From a virus (Duplodnaviria > Caudoviricetes): DNA of 40,650 nucleotides. The position numbers and the translations under genes are program-made. A model generated the notes under the pieces. The model ran no database searches and was not told the DNA's origin. It worked only from the letters and a program-made list of their open reading frames with translations. Within the stretch, counting starts at the first letter, position 1, and each line of letters opens with the position of its first letter. Below are positions 1 to 9,681 of the stretch, piece after piece. The stretch spans positions 1 through 40,650 of IMG/VR virus record IMGVR_UViG_3300012157_000004; one strand, written 5' to 3'.

Positions 1-267
1 TTCACGCGGACTGTTACCGTGGACAACGCCTCGACCAAGGTGAAGGTGGGCCGCACCTCGGGGATTTATCCCGGGATGACGGTTACCACGGTGGCGAATA
101 CGCCTATCCCGGCCTCGACCGAGATCGCCTCGATCGGCGTGGATGGGATGTCATTTGTCATCAACAATGCCACCGTCGCGGGTGGAACGGTTACGGCTAC
201 CTTCGTCCACACGGGCTACGGTATCTGCCTCATCAACCGTCCGTTCGTCCAAGGCCAGATCACCTAA
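1..267 (+). CDS. 5'-truncated probable capsid decoration/cement protein (C-terminal part)
   Basis: Frame is open from base 1 (FTRTVTVDNAST...RPFVQGQIT*). Thr/Val/Gly-rich, beta-type composition. Position in the head module, followed by a terminator-like hairpin. Confidence 0.55.
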   Translation, partial: FTRTVTVDNASTKVKVGRTSGIYPGMTVTTVANTPIPASTEIASIGVDGMSFVINNATVAGGTVTATFVHTGYGICLINRPFVQGQIT

Positions 268-279
268 TAGGAGGTTGGT

Positions 280-309
280 ATGGGCTGCAAGAAACGCAAG
301 AAGCGTTGA
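280..309 (+). CDS. 9-aa basic micropeptide MGCKKRKKR
   Basis: ATG at 280 preceded by TAGGAGGT (268-275); TGA at 307-309. Below the ORF-track length cutoff. Confidence 0.5.
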   Translation: MGCKKRKKR

Positions 310-314
310 TGTCT

Positions 315-390
315 GGGAGGGGATTTTTGGTGGTAGGCGGGGGTCCAGGACTGGTCTCCAAGCCCCCGCTTTAATCCCCTCCCTCTTTTT
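315..390 (+). terminator. Long hairpin, probable intrinsic terminator after the capsid genes
   Basis: GGGAGGGGATT (315-325) is the exact reverse complement of AATCCCCTCCC (373-383); inner stem GCGGGGG/CCCCCGC; followed by TCTTTTT. Confidence 0.6.
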
Positions 391-421
391 CCCTAAACCA
401 CTGTTTTCCTAGGAGACCAAA

Positions 422-1009
422 ATGTCAGCAGAACGCCCCCCGTATGTCGAGTTTTACTACCGAGCGGTAGAAGATCGGACGGAAAGCCTCGCCCAGGGGC
501 ACTATGTTACGAAGGATGTTGCCTTTGCAAAGATTTGGCGGGCGGGTAGCCGGGACTGCAACGACGAAGACGCGAAGGTTTGGATCACCAAGCTCGAAAA
601 GGCGGCGCGGGAGGGGATGATCCCCGAGACCTGGCCGAAGCACTTTAACGATCGGTTTGAAGCCTGGAAGAAGGGGGAAGAAATCCCCTTAACCGGAACG
701 CCGATTAAAGGGTGGCCGATTATTTCCCCGGCGGCGGGTGCGGCTATCATCAAGGCGGGATATCTCACGGTGGAGGATCTAGCTAACGCGCCAGATCAGG
801 AAGTTACCGCCATTGGCATGGGGGCGATCTCTTTCAAGCAAAAAGCCAAGACTTGGCTGGAGCAGGCTGCAAACTCGGGCAAGGTTGTTGAACGCCTGAC
901 CGCTTTGGAGATTGAGCTTGCCAGTATGAAGGCTCTCAACGCCGAGTTGGCGGCGGAAAACGCTAAGCACAAGGCGAATTCGGAATCGAAAACACCCGCG
1001 AAGGTGTAA
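422..1009 (+). CDS. Phage hypothetical protein with HhH-like motif and C-terminal coiled coil
   Basis: RBS AGGAG; 195 aa; GYLTVEDLANAPD...IGMG resembles a helix-hairpin-helix; lies between head and tail genes. Confidence 0.6.
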   Translation: MSAERPPYVEFYYRAVEDRTESLAQGHYVTKDVAFAKIWRAGSRDCNDEDAKVWITKLEKAAREGMIPETWPKHFNDRFEAWKKGEEIPLTGTPIKGWPIISPAAGAAIIKAGYLTVEDLANAPDQEVTAIGMGAISFKQKAKTWLEQAANSGKVVERLTALEIELASMKALNAELAAENAKHKANSESKTPAKV

Positions 1010-1012
1010 ACC

Positions 1013-1729
1013 ATGACCCAAACGGTTCTCCAGATTGTCCAGGAATTCTGTGGGGAGAAGAGCCTTCCCATTCCCAGTTCAGTTGTGGGGAATATTGAGA
1101 CATCTGTCACGCAGATTCGGTATCTCCTCCAAAAGGCTGTGCGGGAGTTGGCAGAAGAGGGAAATTGGCAGCAACAGATTGTTAGGACGACGATAACTGC
1201 TACCGGGACGGCCGGTGGAGATCAAGGACTTTTGTCGGATATTGGGGGCTTTAGCAGCCTCATCCCGAATACAATGTGGAATGCTACCCAGTCCGTCCCC
1301 ATTTTCGGCCCGGTGGGGGATCCTAGGTGGCAGCTTTACCAGAGCCACAACTTCACGGGGCCGGCGTACCAATATCGGATAGAAGGTGGGCGCCTGTATA
1401 TTCTCCCGGTCATCACAGCGGGGGATGATATCACCTTCTATATCAACTCGTCCTATAGCGTTCTCCCGGCAGGGGGTGGAGCGGCGCAGGATTACTCCAC
1501 CCTCACAGATGATTCGACCTTTCTTCTCCCCGAGACCCTAGTCCATAAGTCCCTGGATTATCGGTGGAAGAGGGTCAAGGGCGAGCCGTGGGAGAATGAT
1601 TATAACGAATTCCTCGACGCCAAGGCGGGGGAGAGAGCATCCGTGGCGCCGGAACTGAGAATGGATAGCCACCTCACTGGGAAGATGATGCCGGGAATAA
1701 TTGTTCCGGCCGGAAGCTGGACGGTTTGA
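1013..1729 (+). CDS. Head-to-tail adaptor (tail tubular protein A-like)
   Basis: 238 aa; N-terminal TVLQIVQEFC helix and YQYRIEGGRLYILP motif typical of podovirus adaptors; directly upstream of a nozzle-like gene. Confidence 0.65.
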   Translation: MTQTVLQIVQEFCGEKSLPIPSSVVGNIETSVTQIRYLLQKAVRELAEEGNWQQQIVRTTITATGTAGGDQGLLSDIGGFSSLIPNTMWNATQSVPIFGPVGDPRWQLYQSHNFTGPAYQYRIEGGRLYILPVITAGDDITFYINSSYSVLPAGGGAAQDYSTLTDDSTFLLPETLVHKSLDYRWKRVKGEPWENDYNEFLDAKAGERASVAPELRMDSHLTGKMMPGIIVPAGSWTV

Positions 1730-1730
1730 G

Positions 1731-3260
1731 ATGTATCTCCCTGTCCCCCTAGCGAAGAAGGCAGCGCAGCGGGTTAATATCCCGATTACCCTTCCCGCCC
1801 CAGTGGGAGGGTTGAACGCCCTGCATTCTGTCATGGCGATGCCGCCCACTGATGCGGTGGTGCTGGAAAATATCATCCCCTATCCAGACAAGATAGCCCT
1901 GCGAATGGGGTGCGCGAATCATACGACCGGGTTTGCGAACCCGGTTTTGAGGATGCATAACTATGCTGCGCCGAGCGGGGCAGAGAGTCTCTGGGCGACG
2001 ACTGATGCGGGGGTGTATAATGCTACCTCCGCCGGAGCAGTGGGCGCTGCCGCCATCGCCCTGACAAATGGGAAGACGGTAGGCTCGATTATCTCGACGG
2101 GGGCTAGTAATTACCTCACCCTAGTCAACGGGACGGATGATGCAAAGCAGTACGATGGAACTACATGGTCCTCGATTGCAGCCTTCGCCCCGACGAATAC
2201 CAACATTCTAAACTACGTCGAAACCTACCGTCAGCGGCTTTACTTCATCGAAGAGAATTCCCTCCGCATCCACTACCTCGCCGCGAACTCTATCTCGGGG
2301 GGAAGTACTTCCTACAACGTCGGCTCTGTCTTCCGGCAGGGTGGTTATCTCGTTGCCCTCGGAACCTGGACGATTGACGGGGGAACGGGGCCGGATGACC
2401 ATTTGGTGATGGTTACCAACAAGGGGGAGATTGCTGTTTTTGTTGGCGCCGATCCTGCGAGTTGGTCGTATAAAGGGACGTATTTCATTGGCAGACCACT
2501 AGGGACGATGCCCCTCTTCAAATACGGTGGGGATCTCCTCTACCTTTGTGAGAGTGGCTTATACCCCCTTTCCAAAGCCCTGTTAGTTGCCAGCATCGAC
2601 CGCACCCAGTCGATTAGCCAGAAAATCAACCAAACCTTCTCCGATTCGGGGACGGCCTTCTTTTCAGAGTATGGCTGGCAGATCATCGCCATGCCCGATA
2701 TTCCCTTGATTCTAGTGAATGTCCCGGGGACGGGGCAGCACTTCCAATACTGCATGCACCCCCAAACCGGGGCGTGGAGTATCTTCTCCGGGTGGGAAGC
2801 GGAGTGCTTTGCTAGAATGGGGGGAAACCTCTACTTCGGAGTTGGCACCAAAACAGCCAAAGTCACCGGGACGTCGGATTACGGCGGGAATATCACCGGG
2901 ACGATGTTGCAAGCCTATTCCACCTTTGGCTACCCGAGGAATAAGAAGGTGGCGGAAATCCGCCCAGTCTTCTCTACCACCGGGGCTTTCTCCTATATCA
3001 TGGGGTTGGCTGACGATTTCTCGGTACTAGGGGATAAGAATACTGTCTCCAGCGCCTTAGGGGGGTCGGCGGCAATTTGGGGAACGAGTCTTTGGGGATC
3101 GAGTTATTGGTCTGGTAGTTCCGAAATAACCCGGGCGTGGAGAGCAGTTCCAGACAACTACTCGACTTGGAAAGCCTTGTATCTTCAATTCTCTTCCAAC
3201 ACGGTGGAGGTTTCCTATCTTGGCTGCGATCTCTTGGTTTTGAAGGGATCGAGTTTCTAG
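1731..3260 (+). CDS. Tail nozzle / packaged-DNA stabilization protein (P22 gp10 / tail tubular B-like)
   Basis: ATG 1 nt after the previous stop; LPAPVGGLN N-terminal motif; beta-propeller-like repeats (YRQRLYF, GAWSIFSGW); about 509 aa. Confidence 0.7.
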   Translation: MYLPVPLAKKAAQRVNIPITLPAPVGGLNALHSVMAMPPTDAVVLENIIPYPDKIALRMGCANHTTGFANPVLRMHNYAAPSGAESLWATTDAGVYNATSAGAVGAAAIALTNGKTVGSIISTGASNYLTLVNGTDDAKQYDGTTWSSIAAFAPTNTNILNYVETYRQRLYFIEENSLRIHYLAANSISGGSTSYNVGSVFRQGGYLVALGTWTIDGGTGPDDHLVMVTNKGEIAVFVGADPASWSYKGTYFIGRPLGTMPLFKYGGDLLYLCESGLYPLSKALLVASIDRTQSISQKINQTFSDSGTAFFSEYGWQIIAMPDIPLILVNVPGTGQHFQYCMHPQTGAWSIFSGWEAECFARMGGNLYFGVGTKTAKVTGTSDYGGNITGTMLQAYSTFGYPRNKKVAEIRPVFSTTGAFSYIMGLADDFSVLGDKNTVSSALGGSAAIWGTSLWGSSYWSGSSEITRAWRAVPDNYSTWKALYLQFSSNTVEVSYLGCDLLVLKGSSF

Positions 3261-3261
3261 C

Positions 3262-3756
3262 ATGATAGTGCTGAATCAGCCCGAGGTGGTGAATACGTGG
3301 GTGGGTGGACAGGGTGGGGGTTTAGCTGCCCCTGGAACCTATACCGCGATGGGGTGGGTTGAGGATCACCAGCTTCTCGCCGGCGCCGTTTTCAGTGGAT
3401 ACAATGGCAAGCACTGTCTTGTCAATGTGGCGTCGGTTGCTAGGGAGAAGGATAGGATTCCCGTGGCGTTAGTAAAAGCGGGTCTTCGCTACGCCTTCGG
3501 ACAACTTCTTCTGCGCCGATTGACCTTTTTAATCTCGGAAAGTAATATTACTTCCCAGAACTTAGCCCGCGCTTTTGGCGCTAAACTTGAAGCGACACTT
3601 CAAGATGCAGACCCCGATGGAAACTTGCTCATCTTTGCGCTGTTTCCTGAGGACTGTAAAATTTGGAGTCGCTTGAATGGGAATATTCGACAAGGGCAGT
3701 ACGGCGCCGGCATCACCCGATCCAGCCACCACAATTCCGCTGCAAGAAGCGTCTAA
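3262..3756 (+). CDS. GNAT-fold protein of the virion assembly module
   Basis: YAFGQLLLRRL...N..SQNLARAFGAKLEA matches the RimJ/RimL-type GNAT pattern; position between nozzle and ejection genes. Confidence 0.65.
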   Translation: MIVLNQPEVVNTWVGGQGGGLAAPGTYTAMGWVEDHQLLAGAVFSGYNGKHCLVNVASVAREKDRIPVALVKAGLRYAFGQLLLRRLTFLISESNITSQNLARAFGAKLEATLQDADPDGNLLIFALFPEDCKIWSRLNGNIRQGQYGAGITRSSHHNSAARSV

Positions 3757-5194
3757 CAAACGCCAGTTTGACTATACTATGGACGCGATGCGTCCGAATA
3801 GCTTTGGTCCGACGGGGAGCCAGACGTGGAATAAAAACTCTGTCTTTGATGAGGCGGGGTATAATACGGCCCTAGCCGACTGGTATAGGGCTAATCCCAA
3901 CGCCCCCCAACCAGCGCCGGTTGGTCAGGGTTCGACGGTAGGGGGCAGGACGGAAGGGACAGGACCGACTGAGAGGGTCCTCTCCGAGCTAAACTCCCAG
4001 GACTTAGTCTCTGGGTCGGGGAGTCCTACATCGAGTGGTAACTCCTTTGAAGACACCGTTGCCAACTTTCTTAGTGGTAACTCCTCCCCAACAACCAGCG
4101 CCTTCCAATCCCTAATCAACGCGGGGAAAGAGGCGAACAACCAACCCCCGAGCCGGGACCAGTTTACTAGGGACCAGTGGGAGTATCGGACAACCCTGTC
4201 CCCCGAACAGCAGGCGTTGTATGATGCCAATGTTAAGTCCCAGCTTGGGCAGGCGTCGGTTTTGGACACCCTTACGGGGAGGGTTCAGGAGACGGCTAAT
4301 ACCCCCATCGACTACTCCGGCCTTCCGCCTATGCAAGGGGGGATTGCGGATGCGGGGACGATCCCTAACCTAGACACAAGCCGGAGCACGGCTCTGGCAG
4401 GGGCTTCGGATAAATACGCTGCCGATCTGGCTGCGAGAAGCCAAGGGGATAACTTCGCTCAGCAACTTGCTGATGCGATGTATTCGAAGCAGACAAGATA
4501 TCTCGACCCGCAGATGGCTAGGGCGAGGGATGAACTCAACACCTCTCTAGCCGATCAGGGGTTTAATCCTGACACCCCGGGCTATAATCGGGCTTTTGGC
4601 ACCTTCGGAGAGACCTCCAACCAAGCCTATGGGGATGCTAGAGATTCCTCCGTGATTGGGGGGTACGATCAGGCTAACAAACAGACGGCGTTGCAGACGG
4701 CTATCTCCCAACTTCTCGGGGGCCAGCAGGGTCAGGCATTCCAGCAGGAACTGGGGGCAGGGGAATTTGGAAGAGCGGCGCAGCAACAACAATTTGGTCA
4801 GAACCAAGCTCAGGCTACCTTCGGCAACCAAGCCCGTTCCCAGGCTTTGCAAGAACTTCTTGGGATGAGGAATCAGCCCCTTAACGAACTCATTGGGATG
4901 AGATCGGGGACGCAGGTCCAAACCCCATCCAATGCGGCGCAGTACAACGTCCCCTCGATGCCCGGGGTGGATGTTATGGGGGCCTACAACCAACAATACC
5001 AAGGCCAGCTTGGGGCTGCTAATGCTAACACGGCGCAGAACAATCAAATGCTTAGTCTCCTCGGAACGTTGGGTGGGGCGGCGCTAGGTGGTCCAATGGG
5101 CGCGGGGTTGGGTAGTCAACTCAGCGGGCTATTCTCTGGGCTGGGGAGTGGGGGCGGCACTGGCCTGACTGTTCCCGCTGGCTTCACATGGTAA
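3677..5194 (+). CDS. Internal virion / DNA ejection protein 1
   Basis: 505 aa, Gln/Ala/Gly-rich; N-terminal PASPDP, TLSPEQQALYD, C-terminal glycine-zipper LGTLGGAALGGPMGAGLG. Confidence 0.65.
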   Translation: MGIFDKGSTAPASPDPATTIPLQEASNKRQFDYTMDAMRPNSFGPTGSQTWNKNSVFDEAGYNTALADWYRANPNAPQPAPVGQGSTVGGRTEGTGPTERVLSELNSQDLVSGSGSPTSSGNSFEDTVANFLSGNSSPTTSAFQSLINAGKEANNQPPSRDQFTRDQWEYRTTLSPEQQALYDANVKSQLGQASVLDTLTGRVQETANTPIDYSGLPPMQGGIADAGTIPNLDTSRSTALAGASDKYAADLAARSQGDNFAQQLADAMYSKQTRYLDPQMARARDELNTSLADQGFNPDTPGYNRAFGTFGETSNQAYGDARDSSVIGGYDQANKQTALQTAISQLLGGQQGQAFQQELGAGEFGRAAQQQQFGQNQAQATFGNQARSQALQELLGMRNQPLNELIGMRSGTQVQTPSNAAQYNVPSMPGVDVMGAYNQQYQGQLGAANANTAQNNQMLSLLGTLGGAALGGPMGAGLGSQLSGLFSGLGSGGGTGLTVPAGFTW

Positions 5195-5201
5195 GGGGTG
5201 A

Positions 5202-6566
5202 ATGATGGGCGATCCGAGCGTAACAGCGGCTTTTCCCCAGGGCCTACCCCCTGAGTTCGAGGCGCAGCTTGCGGCGTTAATGCGCCAGCGCCAACTCGGG
5301 CAGACGATGTTGCAGCAAGGCTTGCAACAAACCCCGACGCAGTTTACCCCAGGGCCGTATTCGCACGCCGTTCCTCAGGGGATGGGGCAGGGCTTGGTTA
5401 AGGCCCTTTCCGCCTATCTAGGGGGGCAGCAGTCCAACAAAGCCGAACAGGGCATGTTCGATATCCAAGGGCAGGCGGCGAATCAGGAAGCGGGGGAACT
5501 CTCGGCGCTGACTCATGCTTCGGATAGAAACCGGGCACTGGCGCAAGCCCTGGCTAGTAGGAATCCTCGGGTTCGCGCCTTTGCAGCGGCGCAGCAAAAG
5601 TTCTGGCAAGACCAAGCCGGGAAGACGGCGGAGGTTCTTAAAGAATCTGACGTTCCTGCTGCGGTTAGGGCCGCCCAAGGCCAGCTTCCTGGGATGGATT
5701 ACCAACAGCCTTCACTCGGCGATGTGGAGATTAAGAGCGAAGGGGCTGATAAGTACGCCATTATCCCCGGCCGTGGGGGAAAGAGGGAGTTTAAGTGGGC
5801 GCCGAGACCCCCACAGCTTTCTGTGGATGCGAGACAACAAACCCAGGAGCTTGGGGCGGGGTTGAGTACTATCGAAGCCGATCTTAAAGAAAGGAAAGTC
5901 AGGGCGGAAGGCGCGAAGGGTGTGCTATCCTCCAACACAATGGCCCTTGAGGCTTTGAATAGAGGGGCGCAAGCTGGCGGGTTGGGGGGCTTTAAGCAGG
6001 TAGTTAGAAAGACCCTGCAAGGCTTCGGAATTAACCTTCCCGAGACTGCTGAGACCGAGGAACTTTCGATGGCGTTGGGTAACGCGTTGCTGGAGAATGC
6101 GAAGAAGCTCTATCCAGTCTCGAATGTGGATATGGCCTCGTTGCGGGAGATGCTAGGTTCTGTTAACACCGATCCTACCGCGTTGATGAAGATGCTAACT
6201 ACCTTCAACGGCATCGCTGCGAAGGAGTTACAAGACTACAATCGGTGGGTTGAGGCGCAGTCTAACACTCTGACCAATCCTCGCGCGCAGGATATGGTGA
6301 GGAACGCCAATATTGGGTTTGAGACGCAAGCCCCGCCAGGATCGCAGGTCCAGCAACTTCGCTCCATTCAAGAATTGACGAAGAGAGGGGGAGACCCATC
6401 TCAGTTTCAAATTGGCGGCAAACCTATCGAGCCTGGGGCGCAGTTCGATATTCGGGGGGCGGGAATTCCCTCACAAACTCCCGGCGCTAGTTCGGGGGGT
6501 GGTCCCCTAACTCCAGAGGAGCAGCGTCGATACGACGAGCTTCGGAGAAAGTATGGCCGACCCTAG
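5202..6566 (+). CDS. Internal virion / DNA ejection protein 2
   Basis: 454 aa, helical Gln/Ala-rich; second of three consecutive such genes. Confidence 0.6.
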   Translation: MMGDPSVTAAFPQGLPPEFEAQLAALMRQRQLGQTMLQQGLQQTPTQFTPGPYSHAVPQGMGQGLVKALSAYLGGQQSNKAEQGMFDIQGQAANQEAGELSALTHASDRNRALAQALASRNPRVRAFAAAQQKFWQDQAGKTAEVLKESDVPAAVRAAQGQLPGMDYQQPSLGDVEIKSEGADKYAIIPGRGGKREFKWAPRPPQLSVDARQQTQELGAGLSTIEADLKERKVRAEGAKGVLSSNTMALEALNRGAQAGGLGGFKQVVRKTLQGFGINLPETAETEELSMALGNALLENAKKLYPVSNVDMASLREMLGSVNTDPTALMKMLTTFNGIAAKELQDYNRWVEAQSNTLTNPRAQDMVRNANIGFETQAPPGSQVQQLRSIQELTKRGGDPSQFQIGGKPIEPGAQFDIRGAGIPSQTPGASSGGGPLTPEEQRRYDELRRKYGRP

Positions 6567-8415
6567 ACAAGAACTCGCTGAGTTGGAGGAGCTGGATCGC
6601 CTTGCTAGAAAGGCGCAGGGAGCCGCTGCGTTTGAAGCAGAACAGCCGAAGTTGGGGGGTTGGGATAAGGCTAAAATTGCCGGGGAAGTGGCGTTGGATA
6701 GGCTCTCCCAGATGGGTAGGGGAGGGATTAATACCCTTGGGGGGCTAGACACCTTGCTTAGGCAAGGGGCGACGATTCCCTCTCAGATATACTCTGCCGC
6801 CGTGCCGAGGGCTGATTTTGAGGGAATGGCGGAGAAGGTTTATACTGTTCCCCCAGACGAGAGTAAGGCGGAGACCTATTCCCGTAGGATGTTGGAGACG
6901 GTACCCTCCCTAGCCCTAGCCGGGCCGGCGGTTGCTAGAGCACCGTTTGGTGCTTTAGCTACTACAATGGGATCGGGTGCAGCGGGGCAGGCTGCGAGGG
7001 ATGTCGCCCCGAAAGGGGTGAAAGATGAGGCTGATATGCTGGCGCAGGTTTTGGCCAGCCTCGGACTAGGGACCGCTTTCGGGCCTAATCAGGGCTACGC
7101 CCAGGGACGCGTTAAAGGCGCGATGGAAGGGATCACCCCGAATCAATGGAGGGAGGCGACAAGAAACGCAGCCCTTATGCGCCATGAGGGGGTGCAGACA
7201 GCTACCCTCCCTGAAATGTTCACGGGGAATACAGCCCTAAAAGCTATTGGGAATGAAGTCGCCTCATCAAAGGGGGGAGAGATTTTAGCGAATCAACTCT
7301 CCCGGCGCCCGGCTGAGTTGGAGGCGTTGACAGAGGCCGTTCGGCAAAGAGCGGGGCCGGCTATTAACGTGCAGGCTACGGCCGTCGAAGGGACAAGAGG
7401 GGCTAACGAGGTTCTTAGCAATCTCCGCAAGACTCGTTCGGCGTCTGTTAGCGCGGAGCTTGAGAATGCGCCGGCGCTAGACCCTAGACAGGTTATGGGG
7501 GTTTATAGTGAATTAATAAACCGCTCCCATGCAGCACGTACAACGGCTGAGGGGGAGGCTTATAGAAGGGTCGCCGACCAACTCGTTGCGCAGGGGGACT
7601 TGACCCTACTAACCCGGCCCCAGGACTTGTCGAAGAATCTCCGCCGGATTGTGGAGACGCCTCCTGTCCCTGACCCGGCTAATCCACAGAGGGCGATAAC
7701 GGCCAACGACCTTCAAACGCCGTGGAGAGAGGCTAACCAAATGATCGGCGCCCTCTCGCAACCCTACCAACGGGCAATGAGGTTTTACGGGGATTACACC
7801 CAGAACGTCTATAACCCTGTTAACGCGGGGATTGTTGGGGATCTTTCAGCTACGAATCCTAGTCAGCCTCCAACTGTACCGGGGAGTAGACTTTCTCAAA
7901 TAACGGCAGATCAAGACCCTCAAGCGATCATGCAGGCTTTTAACCAACTTCGCAACGTTGGAGCGCCGGTGGATGATATTGCGAGTGCTCTGGTTAGAAG
8001 GCCATTGGAGGCGGGGAGTACGGACCCTGGGAAGAGTCTTAGGGGGCTGCCCGGCTCTCCCAAGGAAGCGGTGTTGAGGGCCGTTATCTCTGGGGGTGGG
8101 AGGAATCCTGCCGAGGTTCTTCGCCCCGCCGAGGCGGCAGATTTGCTGCAAGGGGTTAAGGGGACCTCCTATGTGCAGAATGACCAGCCTATTTCCAAGG
8201 CGTCTTTCGGCGCCAGGCCAATGACCAGCCTAGCCTATGTCCTCAATCAAGCGGCGAGGGCGCGGGATACTAGGAAGCTGGCGGAACTCCTCAGGGATCC
8301 GAGGAATCTAAGCCAGATTCAAGAATATGCGCAGTTCGACCCCACGCTAAGAGGGATGCTCTCCGGGGCGCAGGCGATTAACGCCCTTTCACAGTATCTA
8401 GAGAAGGAACAGTAA
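6553..8415 (+). CDS. Internal virion / DNA ejection protein 3
   Basis: 620 aa, Ala-rich helical protein with a Gly/Ala hydrophobic segment; RBS GGAG; overlaps the previous stop. Confidence 0.6.
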   Translation: MADPRQELAELEELDRLARKAQGAAAFEAEQPKLGGWDKAKIAGEVALDRLSQMGRGGINTLGGLDTLLRQGATIPSQIYSAAVPRADFEGMAEKVYTVPPDESKAETYSRRMLETVPSLALAGPAVARAPFGALATTMGSGAAGQAARDVAPKGVKDEADMLAQVLASLGLGTAFGPNQGYAQGRVKGAMEGITPNQWREATRNAALMRHEGVQTATLPEMFTGNTALKAIGNEVASSKGGEILANQLSRRPAELEALTEAVRQRAGPAINVQATAVEGTRGANEVLSNLRKTRSASVSAELENAPALDPRQVMGVYSELINRSHAARTTAEGEAYRRVADQLVAQGDLTLLTRPQDLSKNLRRIVETPPVPDPANPQRAITANDLQTPWREANQMIGALSQPYQRAMRFYGDYTQNVYNPVNAGIVGDLSATNPSQPPTVPGSRLSQITADQDPQAIMQAFNQLRNVGAPVDDIASALVRRPLEAGSTDPGKSLRGLPGSPKEAVLRAVISGGGRNPAEVLRPAEAADLLQGVKGTSYVQNDQPISKASFGARPMTSLAYVLNQAARARDTRKLAELLRDPRNLSQIQEYAQFDPTLRGMLSGAQAINALSQYLEKEQ

Positions 8416-8416
8416 C

Positions 8417-9076
8417 ATGGCTTGGAACGGTTCTGGGAGTTATGTTCTTCCTGCGGCATATACCCCGGAGGTGGCGGGGAATTTGGTGGACTCGGCCCGA
8501 TATAATGGGGCGCTGAGTGACATTGCGGCGGGGATTACTGCGGCGTTGGCCAAGAATGGGGAGAATGCCGCTACGGCGAATTTGCCAATGGGTGGGTTTA
8601 AGCATACCGGGGCGGCGAATGCAGCCGCCCCGGGGCAGTACCTTGTCTATGGACAGCCTGCCTCGGGGGCCTTCTCGGACAGCAACTACGGGGACCTTAC
8701 TCCTACTGCGTCGGGGGGAGTTAACATAGTAACAGCCACCCCGGGGATAATGCTGTGGTCGAGGTGGGGGAATATTATCTCCTGTAGTGGTAGTATCTAC
8801 GCCGAGGCGACTACCGGGGATGCAGTTACGAGCATCCTGCTAACCCTCCCCGTCGCGGCAAATCACTCGGCGTCCCCAACCTCAGAGAACTTGGCGGGGG
8901 CAGGGGCAGCTTTCTACACCTCTTCGGGGGCGACTGCGAATTCCCGCCCTGTGCGGTGCAATTCGGATGGGGGCAACCCGGCTAAGGTCTTGCTCTTTTG
9001 GAGGGCAGTGCTTGCTCGGAATCCCGGGATAGATGGGGATCATGTTACCTACACCTTCCAATACAAGGTGATCTAG
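8417..9076 (+). CDS. Short tail fibre / fibre adaptor
   Basis: N-terminus MAWNGSGSYVLP...DIAAGIT...KNG...ANLPMGGFKHTG resembles podovirus fibre anchor domains; only 219 aa. Confidence 0.6.
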   Translation: MAWNGSGSYVLPAAYTPEVAGNLVDSARYNGALSDIAAGITAALAKNGENAATANLPMGGFKHTGAANAAAPGQYLVYGQPASGAFSDSNYGDLTPTASGGVNIVTATPGIMLWSRWGNIISCSGSIYAEATTGDAVTSILLTLPVAANHSASPTSENLAGAGAAFYTSSGATANSRPVRCNSDGGNPAKVLLFWRAVLARNPGIDGDHVTYTFQYKVI

Positions 9077-9077
9077 G

Positions 9078-9443
9078 TTAAAAACTCACCCTAACCCCGA
9101 GGGAATAGTTATGGGCGACGATAGCAACCTGAACAGCGGTCAGGGCGTAGAGGGCAATGGTCCTTTTATCGCTGGGGAGATAATCCAAAACAAAATAGGT
9201 TGCGAGAGGGATAAGGATAAAGTGTCGGTTTACCTCGCCCAAGGTGGGTTTAGCGGGGAGAAGTGGGTTTTTCTCATACCAACCCAACTCCGAGGAAAGA
9301 GCGATGGTTCGGGTCTGCCCGTAGTCTATTACTACAGCGGTTATAGCGATGGCGGAGAGGATTTTCTGCTCCCCTGTCCAGTCGTCCCCGAGGACTAACC
9401 CCGGGAAAAGGGTTAGAACTAAACTAAAAAGAATCTTTGTCAT
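9078..9443 (-). CDS. Membrane/exported hypothetical protein
   Basis: Signal-peptide-like N-terminus, about 3 further hydrophobic segments, EKNPLL motif, C-terminal Phe; last gene of the leftward arm. Confidence 0.6.
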   Translation of the reverse strand: MTKILFSLVLTLFPGLVLGDDWTGEQKILSAIAITAVVIDYGQTRTIALSSELGWYEKNPLLPAKPTLGEVNRHFILIPLATYFVLDYLPSDKRTIALYALTAVQVAIVAHNYSLGVRVSF

Positions 9444-9681
9444 TTCCTAGCTCCTGTATTACCTTCTCAAGGCAGCCCTCCCCTTTTAGGCATCTATGGA
9501 CGCCTTTGTGGAGGGAATTGTACCCATCCCGAACGACATACTTTGGGATGGATAAGAAAAAGGCCATGTCCTTCCGGCTTTCCCCTCTCGCCTTGCAGAG
9601 GGTTAGATAGCCGTAGAGGCAGCAATACCCCTCTTCATAGACCTTGGGTGCGAGGACTTTTCTCCCCGGGGTCTTTCTCAT
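9424..9681 (-). CDS. Cys-containing hypothetical protein (possible HTH)
   Basis: ATG at 9681 overlaps the helicase stop (ATGA) with GGAGG upstream; 85 aa starting MRKTPGRKVL. Confidence 0.55.
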   Translation of the reverse strand: MRKTPGRKVLAPKVYEEGYCCLYGYLTLCKARGESRKDMAFFLSIPKYVVRDGYNSLHKGVHRCLKGEGCLEKVIQELGNDKDSF

